A program made the position numbers and the translations under genes. The notes beneath the pieces were generated by a model. The model searched no databases. It was not told the origin of the DNA and worked only from the letters and a program-made list of their open reading frames with translations. Shown one piece after another: positions 10,071 through 30,059 of a stretch of 64,000 nt of DNA. Origin of the DNA: the human T2T-CHM13v2.0 reference genome, Homo sapiens; NCBI RefSeq assembly GCF_009914755.1, contig NC_060925.1, one strand, 5' to 3'. Each line of letters starts with the position of its first letter. The stretch's first letter is position 1.

Positions 10071-11685
10071 CAACTTATGTTGTTATCGTCATCATGATGA
10101 CCATCATCATCTTCTTTACCCCCCATTTTCTGGTAGGTGTGGGGATATTAGCCACTTCATGTAAGTCAAAGCAAGTAGAAAACGAGTTGATGCATTTGAC
10201 ATTGCCTACACTTAACTGGTTTTCAGTACATTCATTCATTGAATAAATATTTATTGCATGCTAAAGGGTGTGAGGAACTGCTCCATCAGTGTAAAGATCA
10301 GCAAATATCCCTACCCTGGTGATACTCACATTTTAGAAGGGGGAGATAGAAAATAAATGATAAACACAATAAATAAAGTAGCATATTAGTGGATGATAAG
10401 TACTATGGAAAGAAATAAAAAGTACAGTAGAGTAAATGAGATCGGGAGAAGCAGGTCAAGGTCAGCCCCACTGGGAATAAACATTTGTGTGTGTTGGGGG
10501 AGAACAAAGGTTGTTAAAGGTATTCCCAAGAGCAGTACACAATATTGTTCTCACCTTCTTTAGAGTTACTATAGTAGCTCTAAAGCAAAAAACACATTTA
10601 TTTTATAAAAAGCACCAAATTCTAGGAACCATCCTTGCCCTCCCCCACCGCATGATTCTCTTCATGACCCTGACCCCCTCTTCCAGCACCAGAGCATATG
10701 CAGTGGTCTTCCCTCTACCAGTGGTGGTTCCTGACAGTCTACTAAGGATTCTGGAAGTGCTACTGCAAATTTAGAGAAAAAAAAGCGATGAAACAAATTT
10801 TTAATATACAACTTACAGAAATCTTGCCATATTCTTTTTTTCAAATGTTCCAACAAGGTGCATATACACTATAAGGGCTGCACATGTCATGTCACTGCTA
10901 CTAACAATCAATCAACTGAGACCCATTTTTTCTCATGAATATGTTCTTATATTTATGTGCTACTACTTACCTATGTTAAATATAAATTTTTATTATCTCT
11001 ACTCTGTTGCCTTATATCCCAATTCATAAAAATGGGTATATAGTTCAAATATGGTTTTAGTGTAGTCATAGTGCTGAAATCAGCATCATAAATGATATAA
11101 CTCAAAATAACTGGAAGCATAAATAGCAAACAGGACTCTAGTACTAATTTTTTTAAGTAAATCTGCATTTGCTGGGATAAATGACTCTGTGGGTAAAATG
11201 ATTTTTCCCAGGCAGCTAAAAATGGAAAGTATAAATAGGAAGTAAGACAATGAATCCTTTATTCAAACAATGAATTTTATTGGGTTCTTGATGCATTTAT
11301 CTCTGGCCCTAATTATACCAATTATTATGAAATTCTACCAACTAGTGGCATGAGGTCATCAAAACTTTTCCAACAATCTCCAAACACCGGTGAATTGTTT
11401 TCATAACAAGGGCAAATACTGCCTTCTAGGAAGAAAGCATTATTTTAACCCTAAAGACAGAGAAAAGAAAAAACTATAAGAAATATTATTCAAAGTTGCA
11501 ACCCTCTTAGCAAAAAACAGGTGCAGGTCACTCTATAGCTAAAAAGGCTAATAACAGCCACAAAATTAGTGATGATGTTATACTCAGAGAGAAAGCACAG
11601 CAAGCCATTGACACAATTTCTGTAATGTTAGGGGCATCCAGCAGCAATTGTTATTACATGAACAAGCTAGTAGAGATTTTGTGTT

Positions 11686-13302
<1,617 letters not shown>

Positions 13303-13659
13303 TGCTGTGATTTGCATGTTTGTGTTCCCTTCAAAATTCATGTTGAAACTGAATCCCCAATGCAACAGTATTAAGAGGTGGAACATTTAGGAGGTGATTA
13401 GGCAATGAGGGCTCCACCGTCTTGGATGGGACTAATACTTCATAAAAGGGCTAGAGGGAATGGCCAGCCTTTCCCCCACATGAGGACACAGCATTCAAGG
13501 TACCATCTTGGAAGGAGAGCAGCCCTCACCAGACACTGAACTTGCCAGCACCTTGATCTTCAACTTCCCAACCTCCAGAACCGTAAGAAATAAATTTCTA
13601 TTATTTATAAGCTATCTAGTCATAGGTATTTTGTTATAAAGCAAAGATGCATTAAGGCA
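13303..13659 (+). mobile_element. MaLR LTR (MSTD/MSTC-like)
   Basis: aaaattcatgttgaaact...gcaccttgatcttcaacttcccaacctccagaaccgtaagaaataaa; TG...CA termini. Confidence 0.85.
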
Positions 13660-14074
13660 GAGGGAACATGCTTATGTTTTTGAAAGACAGGTTGAGTTAA
13701 GAGATTCCTTCCTGAAACTGATAGTCAATTGAGATCATTGCTGTATTTTCAAGTGCCTCAGTCAGCTGTATGTTCAGAGTCCTAACTAGCCTGAAATTAT
13801 CCCTCAGGGCTAAAATATCAGGTTTTTAGAGCTGAGAAGAAGATATTTTTAAATTTTTAATTGAAATATGGTAAAAAAAATTGTTCATTAACCATTAACT
13901 TTATTCATATATCAAGAAAAGAAACCTATTTCATATTACTGAGCATATTTTAAAGCCATAAAATACCTTATTCTCACACTAAAAAAATGATTTTCAGAGT
14001 TGAATGAAAGTGAAGGATGGATTGGAAAACCATTCAGAGTCCAGCTTTTGAGAGTGATGTGCTCTAGAGTTGGA

Positions 14075-14265
14075 CATTCTGAGATTCTAATGGTTGCATG
14101 ATATATGACACTTTACTGAACTTCTCTAAGTCTGTTTTCTCTTTTGTAAAGTGAAGAAAATAATAGCACCTTTCACATTGGTTCAGGAAAAGATTAAATA
14201 AGAGAAAACATCTAGAATTCTTGACACACTGCCTGGCATATAGTAAGCGCTCAATAAATGCTAAA
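14075..14265 (+). mobile_element. MIR SINE
   Basis: tgcctggcatatagtaagcgctcaataaatg 3' end. Confidence 0.75.
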
Positions 14266-14523
14266 TATAATAAATAGTTATATATTAGTTTCCCTTCTAA
14301 AGCTGGAGATAGTATTATTGACATCAAAACTGTGGTACACTTGTTCCATACCAACCTTCAATTGCTTTTCTTTTTGCCTTCCAGAAAGCCTGAAAGAGAG
14401 CACCTTTAAATGTGTACATTTATATATGCATATGCATGTTATGTATGTTTGTGTCTATGTACTTTGCATGTATTTTTGACACAGTGGCCCATGCACAAGG
14501 TATAGAATTCAAACAGATTTTAT

Positions 14524-15038
14524 AGCAGCATTTCTGAAAGTATAGTCCAGGGCCCTCACAGGGTTCCCAAGACCCTTTCCATGGGTCCACAAGGTGAAAG
14601 TATGTCCATAATAAGGCTAAGATGCTATTTGCCTTTTTCACTCTAATTGTCTCAAAATTGCACAATAGTGTTCTTCAGAGGCACCATGATGTGTGATATC
14701 ACAACGGACTGGATGCAGCAGCAAACATGAGGATCCAGCTGTCTCTCCTAATCCAGACATTAAAGAGATTTATAAAAATGTCAAACAATGCCACTCTTTT
14801 CACTAGTATTTGTTTTACAAAACATAATTATTTTTCATGTAAAATGTTAACAAATAATGGGTTTATTATTGCTATTTTTAATGAATCTGTAAATACATAT
14901 TTTTCAGATTTCTGTGTCAATTTCTAATACAGTAAACATTGATAGGAATTTTACTCACATAAACAAAAATTCTTGGGCCTCTTTAGTGACTCTTAAGAGT
15001 TAAAGGAGCCCCGAAACTAAAAAGTTTCAGAACTACTG
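14524..15038 (+). mobile_element. hAT-Charlie non-autonomous element (Charlie4a-like)
   Basis: Charlie-type termini and atgaggatccagctgtct...ccagacattaaagagattt. Confidence 0.6.
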
Positions 15039-16849
15039 ACATACAGTGAGAAATAAGTCTCTCTCCCAATCCTAACTATCCCCTAGGCATACAGTTTCTC
15101 TCTTTAGAGGCAACCACTGTTACCAGTTCCCTGTATGTTATGTGCATATATAATTATGTGCATTACATATTTTTTCTTTTTACAAATGGTAGTGTATTAG
15201 GTACACTAACTGAGAATTTAAAATAGGAAAAACTAAAGCTATCATCATTTAATTACACTTTCCAACTCTTCCTTTTGCTGTACACTCTTGAAAACATGCT
15301 GCATGTTTTACCTTCCAGATATCACTGAGGCATTCAGGACACCCACATTTATTTAGATATCTAGCAGTCAATGACAGGGTAAGAGAAATCAATATCATGT
15401 CTATGACTACCAGAAAATTTCATTTTTAACTTTTCTTAACATCACTTTATCTTTGAACTAATAAAATAGTTCTAAATATGTTAAATATCTAAATAATTCT
15501 CTCCTCTTTCAGAGTCTGAAAACCATTCTCTTTATTTCTTTTTCCTTTTTTTCTTTCTTGTTACTCCTCTGAGATCCCCCACAAATGAGATCTCCCATTT
15601 TTGTCATCTATATATGAGAGTTGCAGTGAAGGGCCTCCACATACACATATACAAAAACATACAAGCAAGCCTGACTTTATAATATAGCACGGATCAGAAC
15701 AGAAATGTATAAAAGTCACCTTAGAGAATGAAGATCTTCTAGTCCAATATAACCCAAAAAGATGTATTCATTTATCCAAAGAAAGAATCTCTTTTTAACT
15801 ATTTCTGGTGCACTCTTCTTTATTCATAAACTTTCTAACTTACTGATTTTAACTAAGTTGCTGATTCTCTTTTTAGCTGCATCTAATCTGCTCCATAACT
15901 CTTCCTTTGAGTTTCTAATGTCAGTGACTACTATATTGTTCTAGAAGTTCTATTTGATTCTTTTTTCAAATCTACCTAGCTTCTTCTATTTGTTGAGCTT
16001 TGTTTCTCTTTTTTTATTCCTTCATTAATATATTTATTCATTTTGAACATAACTATTTTAAAGACTTGAATAATCCCAATATCTGAAATTCCTAGCAATT
16101 AATTCTGTGGATGTTTTGTTGGGCCTGGGTTAAGGGTAAGTCCTTCCAGAGAGATTTTGTGTATGCTACTACCAGATGTCCAAATATTTACATATATGGT
16201 AATTTCTTGGTTTGGATGTTATTAGAGCATGTGGACAATACAAATATGAACCTCAAAACCATGTGAGACTAGTACTATAGTTATACTATAGTACTAGTAT
16301 AGTATTAGCATTCATTCCTTAAGAAACACTTTTCTTCAGGTCAGTGTCCAGCCAAAAGTAGTCATTTTCTAGTTCTCCCTGTTCACTACTGTTGCTGCGT
16401 TTGTAGGTCTCTATGCATTGGCATTTCAATTTCATTTCCACTGAACCTAAGGCCTTAGAAAGCCATTAAACCCCAAGCATTTGAGACCTACAACCTTTCC
16501 AAGTTTTCATTTTACCCTCAAGTTTTGGCCCTGGGATTTTTCCTTTCTTTTGTATAAATTCAACTATGCATTGAAAAGAATACTTGTTGTACTCTGTCTG
16601 GCATTTCTGGGTGTTTTGCACTGGAAGAGGTAATGGATAATCTAGTCCACCATACTGCATGAAATGGAAGTACTCATTATTCTTTGTTGTTCAAGTGTAG
16701 GTCACCTAGGACAAAACCAAATTTGTCCTCCAAATTATTTCCTCTTCTCAAACCTAAATCACTATATTTCTTCAACTTTGTAAGCAACTGGAAAGACAGA
16801 ATACCTTATTAATTGTATTATTAGCAACTTAATTTCAACATTCTGCTTC

Positions 16850-17189
<340 letters not shown>

Positions 17190-17422
17190 TAAATTATGAA
17201 ACTGGCCATGTTTTCCTCTTGCTTAATAAAGTGTGCATAACTACAGCAGACATGTTAAAAATCTGTATTCAACATTTCTATTCTCAGCCTTCAGACAATC
17301 ATGCCATCGGCACATTCTTCCTCTGGTCCTTCCCCTATGCAGCACCCCACTTTATGGTCCCCTCCTTCTCCCTCTCCATGTCCCTATGCATCCCCATCTC
17401 CAGCTTCAAATTTCTCTTTCTT

Positions 17423-17427
<5 letters not shown>

Positions 17428-17456
<29 letters not shown>
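17428..17456. repeat. (CT)n microsatellite
   Basis: CT run. Confidence 0.9.
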
Positions 17457-17458
<2 letters not shown>

Positions 17459-20222
17459 GCACACTAGATTAGCTCTCTCTGATTATTTCCAAATGAATAT
17501 ATACAAATTCATCATATGTATGGCTTTCCCATTAGCATAGTCTATCTTCCTTAGAAAGCAAAAAAAAAAAAAAAAACAAAAAAAAAGTTTTTCCAATATT
17601 GGCTCAGCCCTATATTCTCAAGACTAGTTCCCATCCCCCTTAAATTCCTTAAGAGGTCTTAGACTGACACTGAATCCACTGTGACCCTGTTCATACTTGG
17701 TCTTGAGCTAGTAAATCATCTTCCTCTCCTCCCACCCCCTGAGAAAGTCAGTTTTATCTCCCTCTTCCTACATTTCTGATTCCTCCTCGATCTAAATCAG
17801 TCTAACCCTGCCACTCTGCCAGCTGGACAGTCTAAACTAACCTCTAAATGGAGGTGAGAACAACTAGCAATTACCATGAAATATATGTAGCAATCAGTGG
17901 CCTGACACTCAAGAGATCTCTAACTCTGGCTTATAGACCATGGAGCCTTCAAGGACAAAATTGAGAGGTTTTAGGGTGATTTTTATTATAAAAATAAAAA
18001 GCAGGACCTTGTAAACAAATACTTTACGTAAGCCAGAATGCTCAATCATCATGACCTTTAAATTCCGTAAGTTACCCAAATGGACCTGCAAGCATTTATC
18101 TGAAAAATATCCTTAAATCTTTGGGGAATATTGGCTACAAACCCTGAGATAATACTAATTCCTGAAACCCAAAATATCACTTTAGAATATGCCAGTCTGA
18201 GCAAAGGCTTATGAGAGTCAGGTGACAAATGGAGTTCTAACTCAATGTCACCTCAGAGTCGAAAGGCCTGCACTCTACTAGTAGCTCTGTGTCTAACTTG
18301 TTAACCCTGTGGGCCCCAATTTCCTCCTCTATCAAGTGAGGGTTAATGCCTATCTCATAGAATTAGTTTAAGTATTAAATGTTTTACATAAAAATATTTC
18401 CAAATGTTAATAAATGTGAATAAACACAGTACTCTTCTTGCACAACCAAACCAAGTTTTACTAGTCAGTTTGAAGAAAGAAACCCAGAAAACAAAAAGGG
18501 AAAAAATGATTGTAGAGCCCTATCCCTACCCCCAAACAACTCTCTGCATTACATCATTATTTTTAGGATTAGAAGTAATAGATGTAAATTATAGTAGGCT
18601 GCCTGGCATTCACCAACTGGAAACTATTATTTGTATTACTAACAGCTTAAGTCCCAAGAATCTATTCATTTATTCATTGCTACTCATTGAGCACACATTT
18701 ACTGAGAAATGATGCCAAAACATTTAGGTAAGTCCTTTGAGGAGAATATATATCTTTCTCAAGAAACTTATTCTTGGCATTTTAGAAGGCAAAATGTCAG
18801 ACTTTCTTCAGATTAGACAAACAATATTAGAAAAGACCATCTATAATCACTAAATCAGGCAATTTGGATAGAAAACAGATTAGCAAAGGTAGGAGGAAAA
18901 GCCTTATATTTAGTATAATATTTAAAAATTACAGCTATACCATCTACAATTTCCAGCTATATATATAAAACACTGATGAATTGCCATTACAACTCCTTAA
19001 AGAAGGGGATTTTACTCCAAATAAAATTATTGAAATGGAAGCACAAGGCCGTAAATTTTGGAATATTCTGTCTCCAGACCATTTTATTTTCCTAACCCAG
19101 AGCCTAAAGGGAATGAATGTTTGGTGGGTAGGGTGGGGGACAAAAGGATACAAGGGAGACGTGAACACTGAAGGAATCGAGGTGGAGTGGGGGCCTATAT
19201 GTAGGCTTGGGTAGGAATGGAAGGGCTGAATAGCCAGAGACGTAGATGAGGGCACCAAGCTCCTAAAATGTGTGGAAAAGGATACCCAGATGTGGGAGCA
19301 AAATACAGAAAAGGAGCTGCAAGTCAAAAGTTCTGCTGAAAGCTCATTCTGCCTTCTATGTGTATCCCAGAAACCTACTTCACATGTCCTTGCTTCCTAA
19401 CTCACTGCCAGAAACGTGTGAGTCATTCGTGACATTTTCTCACCCTCACTCAACATACTTTGTTATCTGCCACATCCGTAGTTCAGGAATCCATCATCCA
19501 CCCAGCTCATCTGCCCTGCCTCACAACTGTCTCCTTGCCTCTGAACTTGCTCCTTTCGCCCTTTGCCACTTCCAGCCTATGACCATCCCAAATCACAAAT
19601 CTGATCCATGTACCCCCATGGTAAGGTCCAAACCCCTTAACTGGGAACACAAGTTCAACTATTTATTCCTGGGAGCTCACAGCTGGCACCTTGAGATTCT
19701 GCTACACTTTGGTGTAAAGTTCTGTAGCACAATAGATGAGATTGCAAGAGCAGCATTTCTTAGAATTCATCCAAAGAAGATAAAAAATGCTATAGATTAT
19801 ACAGTTTTCCCATAGAATGATGATTTTAAGTAAATCATTTACAACTGAGACTATCTGTATATCCTTCCTGTAGTGGTTCACTTTCAAATGCAGTTCTTCC
19901 TGTGATCCACTACGGACACAAAATCCAGAATGTGCTATTAGCTGAGACATGTGAGAAACATCTGTACTTTCAATGAACTTATGCAATAAGCATCCCATAC
20001 TGCATAACTTGCCATGATTATTGTTTCTTCATAGGACATTTGGCAATATTTTCCAATATTATTTCCTGACAAAGAAAAAAAGTTTTATTTAATTTCATGC
20101 CATTTTCCTTTGAATTATTATTTTAGCCATTTATATCTGCATTATTTCAGCAAGAAGGATATGCTTTTTATCCATGGTGTATAACTTTTTGTTTTTTGAT
20201 ATTACAAGCAAAAAATTTAAAT

Positions 20223-20358
20223 CCAGGCACAGTGGTGCATGCCTGTAGTCCTATATGCTCAAGAGACTGAGCTGGTAGGATCCCTTAAGACCAGGAGTTC
20301 AAGGCCAGCCTGGAAACATAGCAAAACTCCATCTTTAAAAAAAAAAAAAAAAAAAAAA
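20223..20358 (+). mobile_element. Alu monomer (FLAM-like)
   Basis: Single Alu arm with A tail. Confidence 0.8.
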
Positions 20359-20541
20359 CTAACATCACTCCTAAAAATATGTTCATGAGTTTGGTGAAAT
20401 GTTAAGACTTGATCCTGACTTGAGGACTGCAGGACTTTAATATTGAAATGATTGTTTCATGTTCTAAGCACCTGTTGTCAAGGGTCTTGCTAATCAAGCT
20501 GGCCTCATGCTATTCTTACTTTATATTTCCAGATACTTTAC

Positions 20542-21039
20542 TGTGATTGTCAATTTCATGTGTCAACTTGACTAGATACAGGGTGCCCAGATATTCGGCT
20601 AAACATTATTTCTGGGTATGCCTGTGAGAGTATTTATAGATGAGATTAGCGTTTGAATCTGTGGACTAAGTAAAGCAGATTGTCTTCCCAAATGAGGATT
20701 GGCATTGTCCAATCTATTGAGGGCATGAATAAAACAAAAGGTTGAAGAAAGGAGAATTCACCCCTTCTGCCTGACTGCTTGAGCTAGAACATCCGTTTTC
20801 TCCTGCCCTTGGTCTGAGACTTACACTATTATTTCCCCTGCTTCTGAGGTTTTCAGATGCAGATTCTATTACACCACTGGCTTCCCTGGCCTCTGAACTT
20901 ATCCCTTTCAAGGTCCTTTGCCACCTCCAGTCTTTGTCCCAGGTCTGTAGCTTGCAGATAGCAGATCATGGGACTACTCACCCTCCACAATCATGTGAGC
21001 CAATTCCTCCCAATAAATCTTTAATATTTAGATAGATAG

Positions 21040-21082
<43 letters not shown>

Positions 21083-21107
21083 TAGACAGATAGATAATAG
21101 AGGACAC

Positions 21108-21206
<99 letters not shown>

Positions 21207-21251
21207 CTATAAAGACATATTCTGTTTCTCTGGAGAACCTTAACTAATATA
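20542..21251 (+). mobile_element. MLT2 5' LTR (MLT2D/C-like)
   Basis: MLT2 start motif, AATAAA, expanded simple repeat before tctgtttctctggagaacc. Confidence 0.88.
21028..21206. repeat. Compound (GATA)n/(GACA)n tetranucleotide STR inside the LTR
   Basis: Three GATA blocks separated by GACA and short interruptions. Confidence 0.95.
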
Positions 21252-21499
21252 GATTTTGTTTGTTTCTGAGATTGGTTCTAAGGGAACAAAATGCTACAGA
21301 TGAATTTTCTGAATTGGTTCCAGGGTTCTGGAATTGGCTCCCTAATTTGATTAGATTTGAAGATACTAATGACTATTTTCAGTAGTAAAGAGAGCACTGA
21401 TAATTCATGGCATACTCTGGCAATAGAGATACACAAAATATCTGCATTGGATACTCCTAGTCAACCACTTATAAGCATCAAAAAAATGTGGTGACTGTG

Positions 21500-21551
<52 letters not shown>

Positions 21552-21566
21552 AGAGAGAGAGAGAGA
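21500..21566. repeat. (TA)n(GA)n microsatellite in ERV-L gag
   Basis: TA run followed by GA run. Confidence 0.95.
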
Positions 21567-22357
21567 AAATTTTGGGAAAACTGGTGACTATAATGAGGTT
21601 GGCTGTTTACACCTAATATTGCTGACCAAAATGGTGTAAGAAAAGGATTAATTCAGGAATTTGAACTCTCAGCTTGAGCACTGCATAAATGACTTAAAGG
21701 CTTCTATGTGTGCCCTGAAGGAAGCCATTATTTTCTAGAGCCAAAGAGCTGAGATTGCTGAAAATCAAAAACAGAATCTCATGTTGCAACTGGCTGAAAT
21801 ACAACACAAGTTAAACTACTAGCCTCACAGGGTGTCTACTGTTAAAGTGAGGACATAAAGTAGGAAAGTGTAGAATCTTATAAATTGGGATGGGGACAGG
21901 TGAGAAAACTTTGATGATGCTGGGAACACTGAGTTCCTAAATTCTAGTAGTTTTTTTTGCCAGTAGAAGAGGCTCCCCTACTCCACAGCAGAACAGCCTT
22001 CCCACCCACAGTACAAGTGGCCTCCCAACAACCAGTGGTAGCACTTACCCACCCCCAGTGGGAGTGGCCTCTCCACCCCAATCAAAGGGATTAACCCTGA
22101 ATTTCCTAGGAAGTTGTCATGGCACCACCCCAGGCAACTGTCTTTCAAGGCTGCTGATTCACCTCAGGACCCACCCTCACCACCTCTCTTTGCTTCTATA
22201 CCTATAACTACATTTGTCCCAGTATGCCCTGAAAGGTGAGGTACAAAGTGTGACCCAAGAGGAGGTGTGCTACACTCCAAAACAACTACTTGAGTTTTCT
22301 CATTTATACAGTCACAAATCCAGGGAACAAAAATGGAAATGCATATTAAAGGTTTGG

Positions 22358-22651
22358 AGCCAAGCATGGTGGCTCACACCTGTAATCCCAGCACTCTGGG
22401 AGGCCGATGTAGAAGGATCACTTGAGCCCAGGAATGCGAGACCAGGCTGGGCAACAAAGTGAGACCCCATCTCTATGAAAAATTTTAAAAATTAGCCAGC
22501 ATGATGATGCACACCTGTGGTCCCAGCTACTCAGGAGGCTGAGGCAGGAGGATTAACTGAGCCTAGGAGGTCAAGGCTGCAGTAGGCTATGTTCATACCA
22601 CTGCACTCCAGCCTGGGCAACAGAGTGAGACCCTGCCTCAATACAAAAAAA
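22358..22651 (+). mobile_element. AluJ inserted in ERV-L gag
   Basis: gatcacttgagcccagg and ggtcaaggctgcagt J-type motifs; flanking ggtttgg duplication. Confidence 0.9.
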
Positions 22652-23499
22652 TACGGTTTGGGCAAATGGTGGAAAGAACATAAAGTTTAATGCAATCAAG
22701 TTTATTGATATGGGCTCACTAAGCAGAAATTCTGCATTAAATGTTGAGCTCAAGGAATTAGAAAGGGCTCTACATTTTTGTTGACTGATCAGCTGAAACA
22801 TGGACCAAAAGTTGGCCCACAGTGAGGGAATTTATATATCACACCTGCATTGGTTTAACATAGAGGAAGAGATTCAAGGGTTTAGGGAAATTGGAATCTT
22901 AGAGCGGATTTGTCATTTAAGGCCTGCTCATTCACACTGGGAGGGCCCAGAAGATAGACCTTTCACTAATACTGTGAGAAATAAATTTGTGAGAGGAGCC
23001 CTAGCATCCCTGAAAAGCCTTGTGATTGCTCTTCTCTGTAGGCCACACCTCACAGTGGAAGCTGCAGCCACTGAGTTAAGAATTAAATGCAGTGAGAGTA
23101 ATTGGATCCTGAGTGGCAGGGGCCAAGCAGCAACACTTAACTGCCAAAGACAAGGTGGGCATGGTTACCATCATGGACAGCAGAGTCACAGCAGCAAGCT
23201 GAGTAGTCTGACATATAAAACCTATGGCATTGGCTGGCTGATCACGGTGTTCCTAGAAGTAAAATAGGTAGTAAACCTAGTAAATTCTTACTTGATCTGG
23301 ATAAGCAGAAAAGTTCTAGGTTAAGTGAACAAAGTCTAACCTGTATCATAAAAACAGAGAGCCAAACCCCTTCAATCAATTTCCAAACGAGATCGTTTTT
23401 GAATGAAGGGGAGGTCAGGTCCCCTTGAAGAAGGATCCTATTCACTACTTAAAAGTTATATTAATACACCTCCCCGCCTTATCCAAAGGGACCTTTGAC

Positions 23500-26560
<3,061 letters not shown>

Positions 26561-26589
26561 ACCAGTAAAATGTTTCCTTCCTGTTCCTT

Positions 26590-26900
26590 CAACTTTATGT
26601 TCTGCCTGCCTAGAGGTCTTAATTTCAAAAGGAGAAATGCTTCAACCAGGAGACAATGAACAACAATGGTTCCATTGAATTGGAAATTAAAACTGCCACC
26701 TGGCCACTTTGGCTTCTTCATGCCTCTGAATCAACAGACAAAAAAAAGGAGTTCCTTTGCTGACTGGGGTGATTGATCTTTACTCCCAAGGGAAAATGAA
26801 CTACTACTCACAATGGAGTAAGGAAGAGTATATCTCTCATACAGGAGATCCCTGGGGGCATCTCTTACTATTACTCTGCCCTGTGATTAGGTCAGTGGAA
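26590..26900 (+). pseudogene. ERV-L dUTPase remnant downstream of integrase
   Basis: LPPGHFG and GVID..(Y/S)QG motifs at the position typical of ERV-L. Confidence 0.75.
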
Positions 26901-27461
26901 AACTACAGCACAATCCAGACAGAACTACTAATGGCCCAGATGCCTCACTAATGAAGTTGGGGTCACTTCACCAGGAAAAGAATCACAACCAACTGAGAAA
27001 CTTGCTGAAGGCAAAGGCAATACGAATAAGTAGTGATAGAAAGTAGTTATAAATGCCAGCAATGACCACATGACTACTTACAGAAACAAGGACTCTAATT
27101 GTCATGATTATTTCCTCCTTATTTTGTTATGAATACAATTGTGTGTGTGCATATATATATATACATATATATTTGCTTTCTTTCCTCTCTTACTCCCTTA
27201 TTATATAACATAAAATGTATTGTTTAATCATAGTATTTAAGTTTTGTTAATTTTACATCGTAGTGTTTAAGTTATAAGATTTCAAGAAGGGTAAACCTCA
27301 CTCAAGTGCTTTAACTCCTCTTCTAGGAAAAAGGTTATACATTTTGTTGTCTACAGGATAGTAATATCATGTGGAATTATGAACTTGTTATCGTCTTTAT
27401 TTGGAGGTTAAGTATGGTTTCAGGAGGCACGTATGAGTATCAAGTTGGCAAGGGGTGGACT

Positions 27462-27949
27462 TGTGATGGTTAATTTTATGTGTCAACTTGGCTGGATCAC
27501 AGAAGCTCAGATATTTGGCCAAAGATTATTTGTGAGTGTGTCTGTCAAGGTGTTTACAGATGAAATGGGTGTTTGGATCTACAGACTGTCCTCCCCAATG
27601 AGGACTGATATCACCCAGTCTGTTGAGGACATGAAAAAAACTAAAGGTGGAAAAAGGAAGAACTCACTCCTTCTGCCTGGCCACTTGAGTTGAAACATCT
27701 GTTTTCTCCTGCCCTTGGTCTGAGACTTACACCATCATCTCCCCAACTTCTTAGGCCTCAAGACTCAGACTGAACTACACCACTGGCTTTCCTGTATCTC
27801 AAGCTAGCAGACAGCAGATCATGAAGCTTCTCAGCCTCCACAGTCACATAAGTCAATTCCACACACATACACAACACACACACACACACCCATATACATA
27901 CATATACACACACATATACATATATGTCTGGAGAACTCAGGTTAATACA
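27462..27949 (+). mobile_element. MLT2 3' LTR
   Basis: Follows PPT-like caaggggtggact; homologous to the 5' LTR; (CA/TA)n at the same position as the 5' GATA repeat. Confidence 0.88.
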
Positions 27950-28881
27950 ACTATATATTTGGGAAAGGCTTGTCATTAATAACAAGTCCATTTGTTGAAA
28001 AATGCTGCTAATGTCCTATCTTATATGGGCAATGGTTTGTCAGACATTAGATCATCCTTATTTTTGCCTTGTTATGTGGCCAGTGTAAAGTTTGTGCCAG
28101 CTAGAGCTCTCTGTCAGTTTCGTATTTTCCATTTGCACTTGTGTTGTTAATATGTCTTCAAAATTCATGGCTTCTTTACAATGATATTTTTAACCATTGG
28201 CCTCAAATCCTAAGCTTCTTTTTTTATGCTCAGAAACTTTCTATTGGGAGCAGGTTGTGGGCAAATAAATGTCTATTCTTTTACCCTAGGTCAAAGATGC
28301 ATTCCTAAGTTATTCTTCCCACACCTCAGCCAAAGGTACAACACATCTGCAATCCTGAGAGGCAGAAATAATAATACCTGTACTTACCATAGGCTGATTT
28401 GCCATAGGACCTTGGAGAAGCCACTTCACCTACTATTAATTGGCCTTCTGTGCCTTGCAAGAGGATTTTTCAAATCTCAGCCTTCACAAACCACAGTAGA
28501 GCTTCTGGGACTCCATACTGTTGCTGTCACAGCCCAGCTTGTGTATACATCCTGCCACAACCAAAACCCAACCAGAGGTAATAATTTCAGATTTTGAAGT
28601 TCCCTTTATTTCCACACCTGACCTAATTTTGTAATATGCCCTGGGCCATGCTCTGCACTGACATGTATCCCACCTTCATCAGTCAGATGGAACGTATTAA
28701 GCCAACTGGAAAAGGGGTACAAATCTCACCTTTCCCCAGAGCACTATTTCTCATCAATCCTGCTTCAAGGTCATCACCATGTTCAGCAAATGAAGCTCCT
28801 TGATGACCCCATCATATAGCTTAGGCACATGGCAGAGAAGGGTGAGTTTGGGCCAGAAATCTGTAAGGACAGAAAAGTAGC

Positions 28882-29360
<479 letters not shown>

Positions 29361-29750
29361 GACTAGGCCAAAGGATACCTGAGTGCTTGTCTGGCATCAT
29401 CTGGCCATTTTTTCACCCTAGAAATGCCATCTGTTATCTAGCAGCCTGATGCTACTGCTAGCCAGCAGAGACCATCAAGGCCCAAACACATAGATGCATT
29501 TTTATGCTCCAGGAGCTTTGCAACATAAAGGAGTTCGCCAATGTAAGTGTCTGGGTCTTTTCTAGAAGCTCCCTAATTTGTAGGATAATTTACCTCCCCA
29601 TGCTTTATGTAAGCGCAGGGAACAGAGGACAATCAATTCCACACTGACATTTTCTGACAGATCTACATACGTAACAATTGAGATTTGAAATGGTATCATC
29701 AAACAAAACCCTGAGTAGTCTTTCAACTGAGTAGTCTTTCAAGCGTTTTC

Positions 29751-30059
<309 letters not shown>

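Noticed and set aside
19270-19815. 181-aa ORF
   Set aside because: Non-ATG start, no recognisable domain or exon structure; partly resembles degraded L2-like sequence
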